NCBI GenBank assembly: GCA_910578585.1
Contig: CAJTRG010000007.1
Location: 25,350-89,349 of the forward strand
Source of the DNA: an uncultured Mailhella sp.
GTDB taxonomy: Bacteria > Desulfobacterota > Desulfovibrionia > Desulfovibrionales > Desulfovibrionaceae
Direction of reading: 5' to 3'
Length of the DNA stretch: 64,000 bases
Under the pieces are notes generated by a model that saw nothing but the letters and a program-made list of their open reading frames with translations, did no database searches and was not told the DNA's origin. This document shows positions 18,113 to 28,077 of the stretch, in pieces (position 1 is the stretch's first letter; the number at the start of each line of letters is the position of its first letter). A program made the position numbers and the translations under genes.

Positions 18113-19483
18113 ATGAGCACTCAAAACAGAGATCAACTTGCATCCAGACTGGGATTTCTTCTTCTTTCAGCAGGCTGTGCAGTTGGGCTTGGAAACGTAT
18201 GGCGTTTCCCCTATGTTGTAGGCAAATACGGCGGACTTATCTTCCTTCTGGCGTACTTCTTCTTTCTTCTTGCGGTAAGTCTTCCTATTATGGTTATGGA
18301 ATTTTCAGCAGGCCGCGCATCACAAAAAACAATGGCTCGCTGCTATCATGAACTGAGCCCCGTCAAAGGCTGGCGCTCTGTCAGCTGGTTTGGCTATGTA
18401 GGGCCTTTTGTTTTGATGATGTTCTATATCCCTATTGCAGGCTGGCTGTTAAGTTATTGTTATAACACAGCTGTCGGCACCCTTGGAAAACTCACTCCTC
18501 AGCAAGTGGGCGATTACTTTGGCGGCATGCTTTCTCAGCCTCTGCCCATGTATTTCTGGGGATTGATTGTCACCGGCGTTTGTTATTTGATTTGTGCGAA
18601 AGGCGTGCAAAAAGGTATTGAACGTTATGCTAAACTCATGATGTCCGGACTGCTTATTATTTTGCTTATCCTTGCCGGTCACTCCATGACCCTTTCCGGC
18701 CTCAAAGAAGGTATGGAATTTTACCTTGCGCCTAACTGGGCAAAAATTCAGGAAGCCGGTTTCTTCAATATGATCAACGACGCCATGAACCAAGCCTTCT
18801 TTACTTTGAGCGTTGGTATGGGCGGCATGATGATTTTCGGCTCTTATCTCAATAAAAATCAATCTCTGACCGGTGAAGCACTCTACATCGGCGCTCTTGA
18901 TACCTTTGTTGCCTTTATGGCTGGTGTTATTATTTTCCCTGCCTGCTTTACCTTTGGCGTTGAACCAGGTGCCGGCCCCAGCCTTATCTTTATTACCCTG
19001 CCAAACATTTTCAATGAAATGAGCGGCGGTATTTTCTGGGGAACCCTGTTCTTTATTTTCATGGGCTTTGCAGCGCTGACCACAGTTATCGGCGTTATGG
19101 AAAGTATCATTGCCTACAGCATGGACGCTCTGCACTGGAGCCGAAAGAAATCCATCAATGTCAACTTTGGCGCAATGGTTTTCTGCATTCTCCCCTGTAT
19201 TTTAGGCTTCAATGTTTGGGACAATATCCAGCCCTTTGGCGAAGGTTCTGTTATTCTCGACCTTTTAGACTTTATCGTCAGCAACAATATCTTGCCTCTT
19301 GGCGGCTTGATTCTCTTGCTTTTCTGTACCCATAAGTCCGGCTGGGGTTTTGAAAACTTCTGTAAGGAAGCTGACACCGGCAATGGTATGAAATTTCCTA
19401 AATTCTTATACTTCTACCTTGCCTATATTTTACCAGTTATTATTGGTATCATTATTTTGCAGGGGTATTCACGTTTCTTCTAA
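18113..19483 (+). CDS. sodium-dependent transporter, NSS/SNF family (tandem paralog)
   Basis: GFLLLSAGCAVGLGNVWRFPY. It is collinear with the upstream paralog along the whole length. Confidence 0.9.
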   Translation: MSTQNRDQLASRLGFLLLSAGCAVGLGNVWRFPYVVGKYGGLIFLLAYFFFLLAVSLPIMVMEFSAGRASQKTMARCYHELSPVKGWRSVSWFGYVGPFVLMMFYIPIAGWLLSYCYNTAVGTLGKLTPQQVGDYFGGMLSQPLPMYFWGLIVTGVCYLICAKGVQKGIERYAKLMMSGLLIILLILAGHSMTLSGLKEGMEFYLAPNWAKIQEAGFFNMINDAMNQAFFTLSVGMGGMMIFGSYLNKNQSLTGEALYIGALDTFVAFMAGVIIFPACFTFGVEPGAGPSLIFITLPNIFNEMSGGIFWGTLFFIFMGFAALTTVIGVMESIIAYSMDALHWSRKKSINVNFGAMVFCILPCILGFNVWDNIQPFGEGSVILDLLDFIVSNNILPLGGLILLLFCTHKSGWGFENFCKEADTGNGMKFPKFLYFYLAYILPVIIGIIILQGYSRFF

Positions 19484-19505
19484 GCTAACTCCATAAAACC
19501 CATAA

Positions 19506-19559
19506 GATTTTATTATCTTTTTTTCTTGGGGGGAATTATTCCCCCCACCCCCTATACGC
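19506..19559. repeat. G6/C6 hairpin module of an intergenic cassette (copy without the 110-nt insert)
   Basis: ttttttcttGGGGGGaattattCCCCCCaccccctatacgca. The same module occurs at 37621-37650 plus 37761-37775, where it is split by a 110-nt segment. Confidence 0.6.
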
Positions 19560-19597
19560 AAAACCGTTATGGACAAAGTCCATAACGGTTTTCTTTT
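19560..19597. terminator. bidirectional rho-independent terminator between convergent NSS and addB genes
   Basis: AAAACCGTTATGGAC-aaa-GTCCATAACGGTTTT followed by CTTTT. It has an A-run 5' and a T-run 3'. Confidence 0.8.
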
Positions 19598-19702
19598 ATA
19601 TATAATTTAGAATAGTCCCTCAACTATAATAAAAAACAGGGAACTCACCTGTCACATTCATAATATTTTGTTATAAAAAGTTAAAGCGTTTTGAAAGAGG
19701 TT

Positions 19703-19736
19703 CAAGGGGAAAACTTTTGGAAAAGTTTTCCCCTTG
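19703..19736. repeat. 34-nt near-perfect palindrome CAAGGGGAAAACTTTTGGAAAAGTTTTCCCCTTG
   Basis: Read directly from the sequence. It lies 37 nt beyond the addB stop. Its arms match the arms flanking the composite element at 30779-30949. Confidence 0.7.
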
Positions 19737-19772
19737 AAAAATATAATTCTTTTTTAGTTAACCGAAAAAGCG

Positions 19773-22700
19773 CTAGCAATATTCAGAATATGGGCAGTGC
19801 TCACAATAGGTGCCTTCTTTGCATTTCCATTCTTCTTGCTTTGCCATATGATTGAGAATAAATTCCAGCACCATATCCATATATTTTTCACGAACATTAC
19901 GCAGCATATTCCACATTTCCTCTTCACTGCCTGCATATTTTTCATCAATCAGCGGCAGTTCACAAGGGCCTTCCCGTTCGCTCAAGAAAATCCAGGCCGC
20001 ATTGATATGAGCATCTTCATCCAGTATTTTCTTGCTGTGAATTTGATCCTTGGCAAATAAATACAAATAAAGCGACAATTGTATATCTTCCATATTGGTA
20101 TAGAGCTTTTCCAAACAGCTGTTTGCTTTCTCTTGCTGCCAATTTATATTCATAGCAGCAAGCTCTTCCAGCAAAGGCTCATTCTTCCATAATTGAATGA
20201 TTTTCTTATTTTTCCTTGTTGTTTTATAATCAACAATAGAGTAACTGTCCCCTCGTTTATCTATTCTATCAACATACCCATAAATATTAATTGCGGATTG
20301 GAAAGCTTTATGCTGCAAAGTATGAGAAAATTTTTGCTCAACAGCAAGTATTTCCAGTTCCACCGGCATTTCATCCACATATTTTTTCAGGAAGAACGGG
20401 CCTGCTTCCTGGAGCATAAAGTAACTGTCCGCAGAAAGATATTCCTGCCAGCTGCCATGCAAAAATTTTTGAGAAAAGTTCTGCTTCAATTGTTCTGTAA
20501 ACTTTTCTTTATCATCACCCTTGATACTTTGCTGCAAGGGGTGCTGTTCTTTCAAAAATTCATGCATTTTTGTGCCAAATATCAAGGAATTATCACCCAA
20601 TTCCTGTTTTTCCGGACTGGAAATTTTTGCCAGATGTTTATAATAAAAACGCACAGGGCATTGCAAATAGGTATTCAGTCCGCTGGCAGAAAGTCCTGTA
20701 AAATCGTTCTCTTCTCTTTCAGCGCAGAGACTTTGTTCAAGGGCAGAAAAAATTGTTTCTGTTCTTTTAATACTGCGTTTTTTCCGTCTGTCCGGCGCAT
20801 TGGGAGCACAAGGCTCAGGACGCAAAATCTCATTGTCTGCCGCTTCCAGCTTTTTGCCTTTTTCTTCTGCTAAAATTGCCTGCTCTTTCTCCCAAATTAA
20901 TTCTTCAATGAAGCGTGAACGAATTTTTTTGGAACTTTGAATTTCAGAAGACTGCACACCTTCCTGCCAATATAAATACACATTTTTTGCACTGTGAATA
21001 AGCCGATAAAAGGTATGGGCGATTAAAATTTCACGGCTGTGCCCCTCGGGCAAGCCAAGCAGCGGACGAAGGGAGTCAGGCATAAGCGGATCTTGCGTAT
21101 GAGATGCGGGCAAAACACTTTCCACACAATCCAATATAAAGACTTTTTCAAAACTGAGCAGTCTTGTTTCAAGCATACCAAGCACCTGCAGGCCCGTAAG
21201 CGGATCCGCCTCAAAAGATACACGTTCCTCTAAAATGCATTGTTCCATGATTTCGTGCAGAGTTTTGAGCTCAAATACACTTTGCGCGAAGCCATTTTGC
21301 ATAAGCGTGGGAATGGTATTTTGCATAAAACGCACAAGCCCCTCTTTATCAAGAGGAAAACGATACCACACACTGCGTCCGTACTTGATCAAGAAATTCA
21401 TCAAGTTATTCAGCTGACTTCCAACATTTTGTAATGATTGAACATTTACCCATGAAAAAATTGTACGCTCAAAGAACTCATTGACAAAATCAGACATAAA
21501 ATCATCAAGCTCATAGCTAATCTCTTCATTATCCAAATCAAACAATTTTTCTGTCACAAATTTATCAAAATCAACGTACGCATTATCAGCGGCAAGCTTC
21601 TTTTCTGCATAATACAAAACTTTACGCCAGGTGGTAAAATTTTCTTTTGTACAAGTGTTTTCTTTTTCAGCAGAATTATCCGTATAACTCAAAAGCATTT
21701 TTGTGTAGGGATGCTGGAGTAAAGCCAGTACATCCTCTGTCTTGTAACTATACTGTTTTTCGGCATTTTCTTTTTTATTCTGCTGCAAATTAAAAATATA
21801 CACAATAAATTGCCAAAGCAAAGTTCTTTGGATAGGATAACCAAGGGAAATATTGACATTTTTATTGGGAAGTTCATGCAAAACCGGCATAAGCAAAGCT
21901 GGATTCGGCAGCACAATCGCAGAATAATTGTCACGTTCCTCAGTTGCTTTTAAATGCGGAAGAACATCTTCCTGCAAATCCTTTTTCAAAACTTTCACTT
22001 GCGAATGAAAATCATAGGCCGGCAAAAATTTAATTGCAGGCTTTGTTTCCTCTGTCCTGCCCAGCAAAACAGCTTCTGCCCCCCATTTTTGCAGCCATTT
22101 CTTATGGTCGGCGCAGGAATAATGAAGAGCTGAAATATCCGTAACCAGTCTGCTGTCAGTATTGAAACAAATACAAGCGCCCTGTTCCCAAAAATAGCGC
22201 AAAATTATTTCTTCGGCTTTTGCCGCATAGACAAAACCCGCAAAAATTATGCATTTCCCCTGCAATAAATAGGGCATAAAATCTGCAAAATATGCTTCAT
22301 AATCCTTATTGTTCAGCCCTGAAAGAAAATCAATATCCTGTATCTTACCCTCTTGATATTCCCTGAATGCCTGCACATACAGAGCTGTGCGATAAAGACT
22401 GTAGGCTGGTGTTGTCTGCCTCATTTCATGCATATTTTGCTCGTAGGCAGCAAAAATTTCTTCTATATCTTCCAGCAAACTTTGCGCAAAAGACGATACT
22501 TCATCGGCATAGTGTACATTTTTTGGCAAAACAACATGCTCAAAACATTCTTCAAAAAGCGCATCCAGTCTTTGTGCCCAGGGATAAAACTTTGCCGCCT
22601 GCAAGGCTTCATCTGCAATTTTTTCACCTTGTTCATCCACGACTTCCATGCTGGAGGAAAAACGCGATTTTTTTTTCTGCTGCAAAATAGTTTTGACTGT

Positions 22701-23045
22701 TTCATAAAGTTTTGCACAGCGATCCAAAGGCTCCAGCTCAGAAAACAAAGGCAGTCCCCGTTCAAAATGGTGCAGGCAAAGCGTATAAAATTCTTTATTG
22801 GTATAAATTTGCGGCAAAAGAGCCGGCTCATGCTTTTCTTTTGCCAATTTTTTGTAGCGTGAAATAAGATACCGTTTTGGACGAGAATTGGGAAATACCA
22901 GCACAATATCCTGCATGGAAACATGCTGCTCGGCTCTCATCGTATCCACAAGTTCCTGGATTTTATAAAGAAAATCCTCATTCCAGGGAATAACGGCAAA
23001 AGGATTTTTCCCTTTTCTTTGATAATTTTTACAATAATCTCGCAT
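19773..23045 (-). CDS. addB: AddB-type helicase-nuclease subunit (PD-(D/E)XK nuclease with Fe-S cysteines)
   Basis: 1090 aa. The C-terminal nuclease motif is GYVDRID...IVDYKT. The cysteine set is LQCPVRFYY plus CEHCPYSEYC at the extreme C-terminus, the AddB 4Fe-4S pattern. It starts 2 nt after the addA stop. Confidence 0.8.
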   Translation of the reverse strand: MRDYCKNYQRKGKNPFAVIPWNEDFLYKIQELVDTMRAEQHVSMQDIVLVFPNSRPKRYLISRYKKLAKEKHEPALLPQIYTNKEFYTLCLHHFERGLPLFSELEPLDRCAKLYETVKTILQQKKKSRFSSSMEVVDEQGEKIADEALQAAKFYPWAQRLDALFEECFEHVVLPKNVHYADEVSSFAQSLLEDIEEIFAAYEQNMHEMRQTTPAYSLYRTALYVQAFREYQEGKIQDIDFLSGLNNKDYEAYFADFMPYLLQGKCIIFAGFVYAAKAEEIILRYFWEQGACICFNTDSRLVTDISALHYSCADHKKWLQKWGAEAVLLGRTEETKPAIKFLPAYDFHSQVKVLKKDLQEDVLPHLKATEERDNYSAIVLPNPALLMPVLHELPNKNVNISLGYPIQRTLLWQFIVYIFNLQQNKKENAEKQYSYKTEDVLALLQHPYTKMLLSYTDNSAEKENTCTKENFTTWRKVLYYAEKKLAADNAYVDFDKFVTEKLFDLDNEEISYELDDFMSDFVNEFFERTIFSWVNVQSLQNVGSQLNNLMNFLIKYGRSVWYRFPLDKEGLVRFMQNTIPTLMQNGFAQSVFELKTLHEIMEQCILEERVSFEADPLTGLQVLGMLETRLLSFEKVFILDCVESVLPASHTQDPLMPDSLRPLLGLPEGHSREILIAHTFYRLIHSAKNVYLYWQEGVQSSEIQSSKKIRSRFIEELIWEKEQAILAEEKGKKLEAADNEILRPEPCAPNAPDRRKKRSIKRTETIFSALEQSLCAEREENDFTGLSASGLNTYLQCPVRFYYKHLAKISSPEKQELGDNSLIFGTKMHEFLKEQHPLQQSIKGDDKEKFTEQLKQNFSQKFLHGSWQEYLSADSYFMLQEAGPFFLKKYVDEMPVELEILAVEQKFSHTLQHKAFQSAINIYGYVDRIDKRGDSYSIVDYKTTRKNKKIIQLWKNEPLLEELAAMNINWQQEKANSCLEKLYTNMEDIQLSLYLYLFAKDQIHSKKILDEDAHINAAWIFLSEREGPCELPLIDEKYAGSEEEMWNMLRNVREKYMDMVLEFILNHMAKQEEWKCKEGTYCEHCPYSEYC

Positions 23046-23047
23046 AA

Positions 23048-26000
23048 TTATTCACTCTCAACAAGGCAGCATTGTTCATTATCCAAATATACCAGAAGCC
23101 CAACCGTCTTTTTCCCCGTTGCCTTTGTGAGCAGATCAATATAATTCAAAATTTGCTTCTTATTATCGGGCACAGGCAATTTTTCCCCCACATAACCAGT
23201 TTTATAATCAACAGCTATATAAGCAATGTCTTGATATTTTTTACGAAGTTTTTCCGGAATTTCCACCATCAGGTCAACGCGGAATAATTCGCCCATTTCA
23301 TTGGTAATGGAATGTTCCTTATAGCCGTATTTGAACCAAAAATCTGCACCGCCAAAAGGCTCCGCCAAAGAAGCAAACCACTGCAATGATTTTTGCACTT
23401 GTTCATACAAATCTTTCTGCTCAGAATTTTGCAGACCACTTGCTTCTTGTGTACTTTGACCCAAAAAACGTCCATAGGGTAAATATTTCATAGCTTCAAA
23501 GCTGGCTCGTCTGCAATCTTCGACAACATCACCAGAGAACACTAAATATTCCAAGCTCTTATGAATAACAGTTCCTCGTTTGTTAGAAGACAGTCCCTTT
23601 GCTCCCGTAAGTTCGTCCAAATCTGAACGGAAAATACGAAGCTGCGGCAGCCAGTCCATGCTGTGTTCCTGACTGTAGTCTTCTTCCTGCTGAGGTCTTG
23701 AAGTATCCGGGGCAGACACATGCTGTTTTTCTTTCTGGGAAGAAAGTATATGTAAAATACGTTTTGCAACAAATAATGCATCGTCAGAAAGAATTTTTAC
23801 TTCAACCACAGGAGCAGTTTCCTGTTCGTTTTGCTCTTCATCATTCTCGTGTTTTTTCTTAGGTGTTTTTTCTTCTCTGTATTCCTCAAAAAATGCTGCT
23901 AATTGTTCCCGTTCATTCTTTGTAAGCAATTTTTGGGTATTTTTCTTTTCTTTTTCGTCAGTCAGTTCAAAAACATATTCTAAAATACGCAGCATTTTTT
24001 CAGAAACAGCAGACCTGCAATTTTCTCCAAAATGCAGACAATCTGCATTTTCCTCAAAAGCCAATTGTTTTAAATCTTCTTTTGCTCTTTCTAAAAATGC
24101 TTTAAGAAAACGGTAAAAAAGACCATTTTTCTTTGAACTGTATGCTTCCGGAATAAAAATATGCAGTTCCTGTTTGGGTCTTGTCCATGCAACATACAAA
24201 AGATTGATACATTCCTTCACTTTCTCTGCTATGGCCTCATAATAGGGAGCACCATATTTTCTATCCAGTTTTGCATAAACAGGATAGATCTTCTCTTCAA
24301 AGGAGACATTAAATTGACTAATCTCATCCTGCACATCAATTTTGAAATTATGCCATGGAATAATAACTGCCTCATATTCCAAACCTTTTGACTTATGCAT
24401 AGTCAAAACAGAAACAGAATTTAAGCTTTCCGGAAGCGGTGCATTTTCCTTTTCGCCATTTTCTTCCCACCAGCTCAAAAAAGCATGCAGATCAACAATT
24501 CCCTTTTCTTCTGCCAGATATGCCAATTCTTTTAAACGGAGTAAATAGACGGCAGCTTCCGGATTTCGTTCCATAATCCCCATACGGTTGTAGATTTCAC
24601 ACAGCGTATCATAGGCAGTTAAAAGATTTGCCCCGTCCACAAGCACTTGAAAATATTTTCTCCACAAGTCAGGATATTTTTCGCGAAAAGCAGTGAATAA
24701 AAATTCTTTGCGGGAATTTGCAAAAAAGTCAAAAAGCTCTTCTGCCGGGCAGTTTTCAGAAAAAGACTTTGGCAAAATATGTCTGCTCAAAAGCACCTGA
24801 CAAAGAGCACTTTCATCAAGCGGATTTTCCAGAAAACGCAAAAATGAAATAACTTCAATAATAACAGGATGCTCTTTTAATCCTAAACTTCCCTGACTCA
24901 CAACAGGAATAGAACGTTCCAATAAAATTTGTGAAACAAGGGATGCTTGACTGTTATTGACGGTTAAAATTGCAATCTTGCTGTAACCGCCATATTTTTC
25001 AGATAAATTTTGTACCATTTCCGGCAGAAGAGAAAGCACCGCCACATCAAATAAAGCGTCTGCCTCCTTGAGCGTATGCACTTCCACCACGCCTTTCTTT
25101 CCCGCTTTTTTGAGACGCTTTTCATCAATTTGCTGCTCAACATGTTCATAGTCTTTGCATAAAGATCTGCTTGTTCTTTCAAGAAGATCTGCCGGGAAAT
25201 TTTCATCTGCGGAAGAAGGAAAGAGCAGGGCTATTTCAGGATGTATATGTTCTGCATTTAATTGGGCTAAATTTCTGAAAAAAGTATTATTCCAGGCAAC
25301 AATATTTTCTGCACTTCGCCAGTTGCAGGGTAAATTATCGTCAGAAAATCCCCTTGCCAAAAACTTCAACTCTTTTGGAGCATCAGAAAATAAACTTGCT
25401 TTGCCGCCGCGCCAGCCATAAATTGCCTGTTTTACATCACCAACAAAGAAAACTGAACCGCCGCTTGCCAGTGATTCACTGGATAAATCTTTCAGCGCAT
25501 TCCACTGGGCAACACTGGTATCTTGAAATTCATCATACAAAATATGCTTTATCCGTGTTCCCAGACGGCAATAGGCAGCCGGAATAAGTTGTTCTTCCTG
25601 TTTCTTTTGCGCCCCAAGCAAACTTGCGATAATATGGGGCATTTTTTGTGTATTGATGCATTGCTTTTGCCTTTCATAGGCATTAAGGCGCAAGGAAAGC
25701 TCGGCTGAAATTTTGATTGCAGGCAGCATCAGTGCATAATTTTTATAAACAGGCTCAACTAAACGTATTTTCTGTATAATATCCTGCAATTCCTGATAAT
25801 ATTCTGAAGCCTTTGTTATATCTCCCGTATTATTTTTAAGAAGAACTCCGGCAAAACTTTCTTTCTTCAAATACGCTGAAGAGAAATTATTCTCCTGCAA
25901 AGCTTTTATGAAACCTTTATGCACAGTGATATTCTGCTCTTCTATGCACGTTTTAATATTTTGTACTGTTTCACAAAGTTTTTGCGGCAGTTCAGCATTT

Positions 26001-26731
26001 TTCTGTTTTAAAAATGCATAATTTTGCTTTAATGCTTCAAACTCCTCTGCAGAAACTATTTCATTATTTTTTATGAAATAAGAAACGAATTTTGCCACTT
26101 GCTCAAACAAGGAGGATTTTGCCAAAAAACTTGCATGTTCAGAATTTTCAAATTTATTTTTGCAAAGTTCATGAAAATAAGGTGCATAATTTATTGCATT
26201 GGCATCGCAGGAATTTTCATGTTCAATGCTTTGTTCCGCCAGTTTTACATACAGTTCTTCAATAAAATCCTCAGAACCAAAACTTGTTTCAAAATGTGGA
26301 GAATAGCCCAGTTCCAAAGCAAAAAGCCCAATAATTTGATTGAGCAAACTGTCAATAGTACGGATATTAAGCGCTCCGTACTGCTGAAAAATCCGTTCCA
26401 GTATGGCACGGGCCTGCAAAGATTTTTCTTCCAATTCCTCTTGAGTCTTGCAGCCAGCTTCCTCCAAGGAAAGTTCTTTTAAAGCATACTGCTTGAGCTT
26501 CGCAATTACCTTTTCTTTCATTTGATTGGCAGCAAGATTGGTAAAAGTAATAGCAAGAAGTTCAGAAAAATTAAATTGTGCTTTATTCTTTACAGGCTTA
26601 CAGCTTTCGCAAGGCGCAATATCACTGTCAAAAAGCAAATTGACAAAACGTGTTGTCAGGGTGTGGGTTTTCCCAGACCCGGCTGACGCATTCATTTTTA
26701 CCAGATTTGCTGATTTTGTACTTTTACTCAT
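23048..26731 (-). CDS. addA: AddA-type UvrD/Rep helicase-nuclease subunit
   Basis: Walker A is NASAGSGKTHTL, with UvrD helicase motifs (DEFQDTS, FFVGDVKQAIYGWRG) and a C-terminal RecB-like nuclease (VIHKSLE...AVDYKTG). The ATG at 26731 overlaps the upstream TGA (ATGA). Confidence 0.85.
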   Translation of the reverse strand: MSKSTKSANLVKMNASAGSGKTHTLTTRFVNLLFDSDIAPCESCKPVKNKAQFNFSELLAITFTNLAANQMKEKVIAKLKQYALKELSLEEAGCKTQEELEEKSLQARAILERIFQQYGALNIRTIDSLLNQIIGLFALELGYSPHFETSFGSEDFIEELYVKLAEQSIEHENSCDANAINYAPYFHELCKNKFENSEHASFLAKSSLFEQVAKFVSYFIKNNEIVSAEEFEALKQNYAFLKQKNAELPQKLCETVQNIKTCIEEQNITVHKGFIKALQENNFSSAYLKKESFAGVLLKNNTGDITKASEYYQELQDIIQKIRLVEPVYKNYALMLPAIKISAELSLRLNAYERQKQCINTQKMPHIIASLLGAQKKQEEQLIPAAYCRLGTRIKHILYDEFQDTSVAQWNALKDLSSESLASGGSVFFVGDVKQAIYGWRGGKASLFSDAPKELKFLARGFSDDNLPCNWRSAENIVAWNNTFFRNLAQLNAEHIHPEIALLFPSSADENFPADLLERTSRSLCKDYEHVEQQIDEKRLKKAGKKGVVEVHTLKEADALFDVAVLSLLPEMVQNLSEKYGGYSKIAILTVNNSQASLVSQILLERSIPVVSQGSLGLKEHPVIIEVISFLRFLENPLDESALCQVLLSRHILPKSFSENCPAEELFDFFANSRKEFLFTAFREKYPDLWRKYFQVLVDGANLLTAYDTLCEIYNRMGIMERNPEAAVYLLRLKELAYLAEEKGIVDLHAFLSWWEENGEKENAPLPESLNSVSVLTMHKSKGLEYEAVIIPWHNFKIDVQDEISQFNVSFEEKIYPVYAKLDRKYGAPYYEAIAEKVKECINLLYVAWTRPKQELHIFIPEAYSSKKNGLFYRFLKAFLERAKEDLKQLAFEENADCLHFGENCRSAVSEKMLRILEYVFELTDEKEKKNTQKLLTKNEREQLAAFFEEYREEKTPKKKHENDEEQNEQETAPVVEVKILSDDALFVAKRILHILSSQKEKQHVSAPDTSRPQQEEDYSQEHSMDWLPQLRIFRSDLDELTGAKGLSSNKRGTVIHKSLEYLVFSGDVVEDCRRASFEAMKYLPYGRFLGQSTQEASGLQNSEQKDLYEQVQKSLQWFASLAEPFGGADFWFKYGYKEHSITNEMGELFRVDLMVEIPEKLRKKYQDIAYIAVDYKTGYVGEKLPVPDNKKQILNYIDLLTKATGKKTVGLLVYLDNEQCCLVESE

Positions 26732-28032
26732 AACATACCTTTTAAGTGGCTTTGCCCTGTGGCAGCAAGCACAGAATGCCAATACTGAGAAGTAATGTCG
26801 AGTCTTCTGCGTTGTCTGGTAACCAGTTCAAAAGGCAAATGCACATAGCGGCCCATCAGCCTTGAAACAGCCATTTCTGTTTTTCCGCTCATGCCGGCAT
26901 CCACAGCCAGACGGCCTAAAAATCCGCAGTAAACCCGGTCGTCCGCATTGGCAGGCACAGCACGCACCATATAGCTTGGGTCAATGTATTTGATAACAAC
27001 AGGAAAATCTCTTTCTTTGAAATATGCTTTAATTTCTTTTTGCAAATACTGTCCGATATCCTGCAAAATAATGTTGCCGGAACTGTCTTTTTGCCCTGTT
27101 TCCTGCATAAGATACTGGCCAGCTCCTTCTGCCACCACAATAACCGCATGGTGCCGATGAATAAGCCTTTCTTCCAAAGCAGGCAAAAGACCGCCTTCCC
27201 CATGCAGAACAAATTCTGCTTCCGGCACAAGCACAAAGTTAACAAGACTCAAAGATACAGTCGCATGGGTCGCAATAAAACCAGATTCACGTCCCATAAG
27301 CTTGACAATGCCAATACCATTATTCATGCCCACAGCTTCGGTATGCGCGGCGGCAATGGCTTTGGTTGCCTCGTCCACAGCCGTTACAAAACCAAAGGAC
27401 TGTTCCACAAAGTTGATATCATTATCAATGGTTTTTGGCACACCAATAACAGAAAGGGTCAAATTATGCTCTTTGACTGCATTGGAAATTGACCTGGCAG
27501 CTTTCATGGTTCCGTCACCGCCCAGCACAAAGAGCAAATTAATGCCCTTTTCATAGAGAAAATCAGCAATTTTATCAAAATCCTGCGCCCCGCGGGAAGA
27601 ACCTAAGACAGTGCCGCCCAGCATATAAATTGTAGATACAAAATCAGGCGTTAAATCTATGAGCTGATGTCCGTATTTTTCAGGAATAAAACCTTCCAAA
27701 CCATAGGGAATGCCCACAATATTGCGCACCCCGTACCCATACCAGAGTTCCATAACAATGGCACGGATAACATCATTCAGCCCCGGGCATAAACCGCCGC
27801 AGGTCACAATGCCAACCTTGGTTTTGGCAGGATCAAAAAAGATTTTTTCGCGCGGGCCTGCTTCCTGAAAATAGAGCGTGCTTGCTTCATTTTCTGCCTC
27901 AGTCCCACAGGCTTTTATAAATTCATCAGAAACATTGATAGGTATATACTCATCACTGACAGCACCATGCATTTTTCTCGGATTATCAATAATGCATTTT
28001 CCTAAATTTTTAATAATAAATTGTTTTCCCAT
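26728..28032 (-). CDS. pfkA: 6-phosphofructokinase (long, about 430-aa clade; GGDGT suggests an ATP-dependent enzyme)
   Basis: Motifs include GIVTCGGLCPGLNDVIRA, VLGGDGTMKAA, PKTIDND and MGRESG. Confidence 0.88.
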   Translation of the reverse strand: MGKQFIIKNLGKCIIDNPRKMHGAVSDEYIPINVSDEFIKACGTEAENEASTLYFQEAGPREKIFFDPAKTKVGIVTCGGLCPGLNDVIRAIVMELWYGYGVRNIVGIPYGLEGFIPEKYGHQLIDLTPDFVSTIYMLGGTVLGSSRGAQDFDKIADFLYEKGINLLFVLGGDGTMKAARSISNAVKEHNLTLSVIGVPKTIDNDINFVEQSFGFVTAVDEATKAIAAAHTEAVGMNNGIGIVKLMGRESGFIATHATVSLSLVNFVLVPEAEFVLHGEGGLLPALEERLIHRHHAVIVVAEGAGQYLMQETGQKDSSGNIILQDIGQYLQKEIKAYFKERDFPVVIKYIDPSYMVRAVPANADDRVYCGFLGRLAVDAGMSGKTEMAVSRLMGRYVHLPFELVTRQRRRLDITSQYWHSVLAATGQSHLKGML

Positions 28033-28077
28033 TTTTTCCCTCTCTATTTCTGCTTATTGCGTATTTATTTCAAAAAA

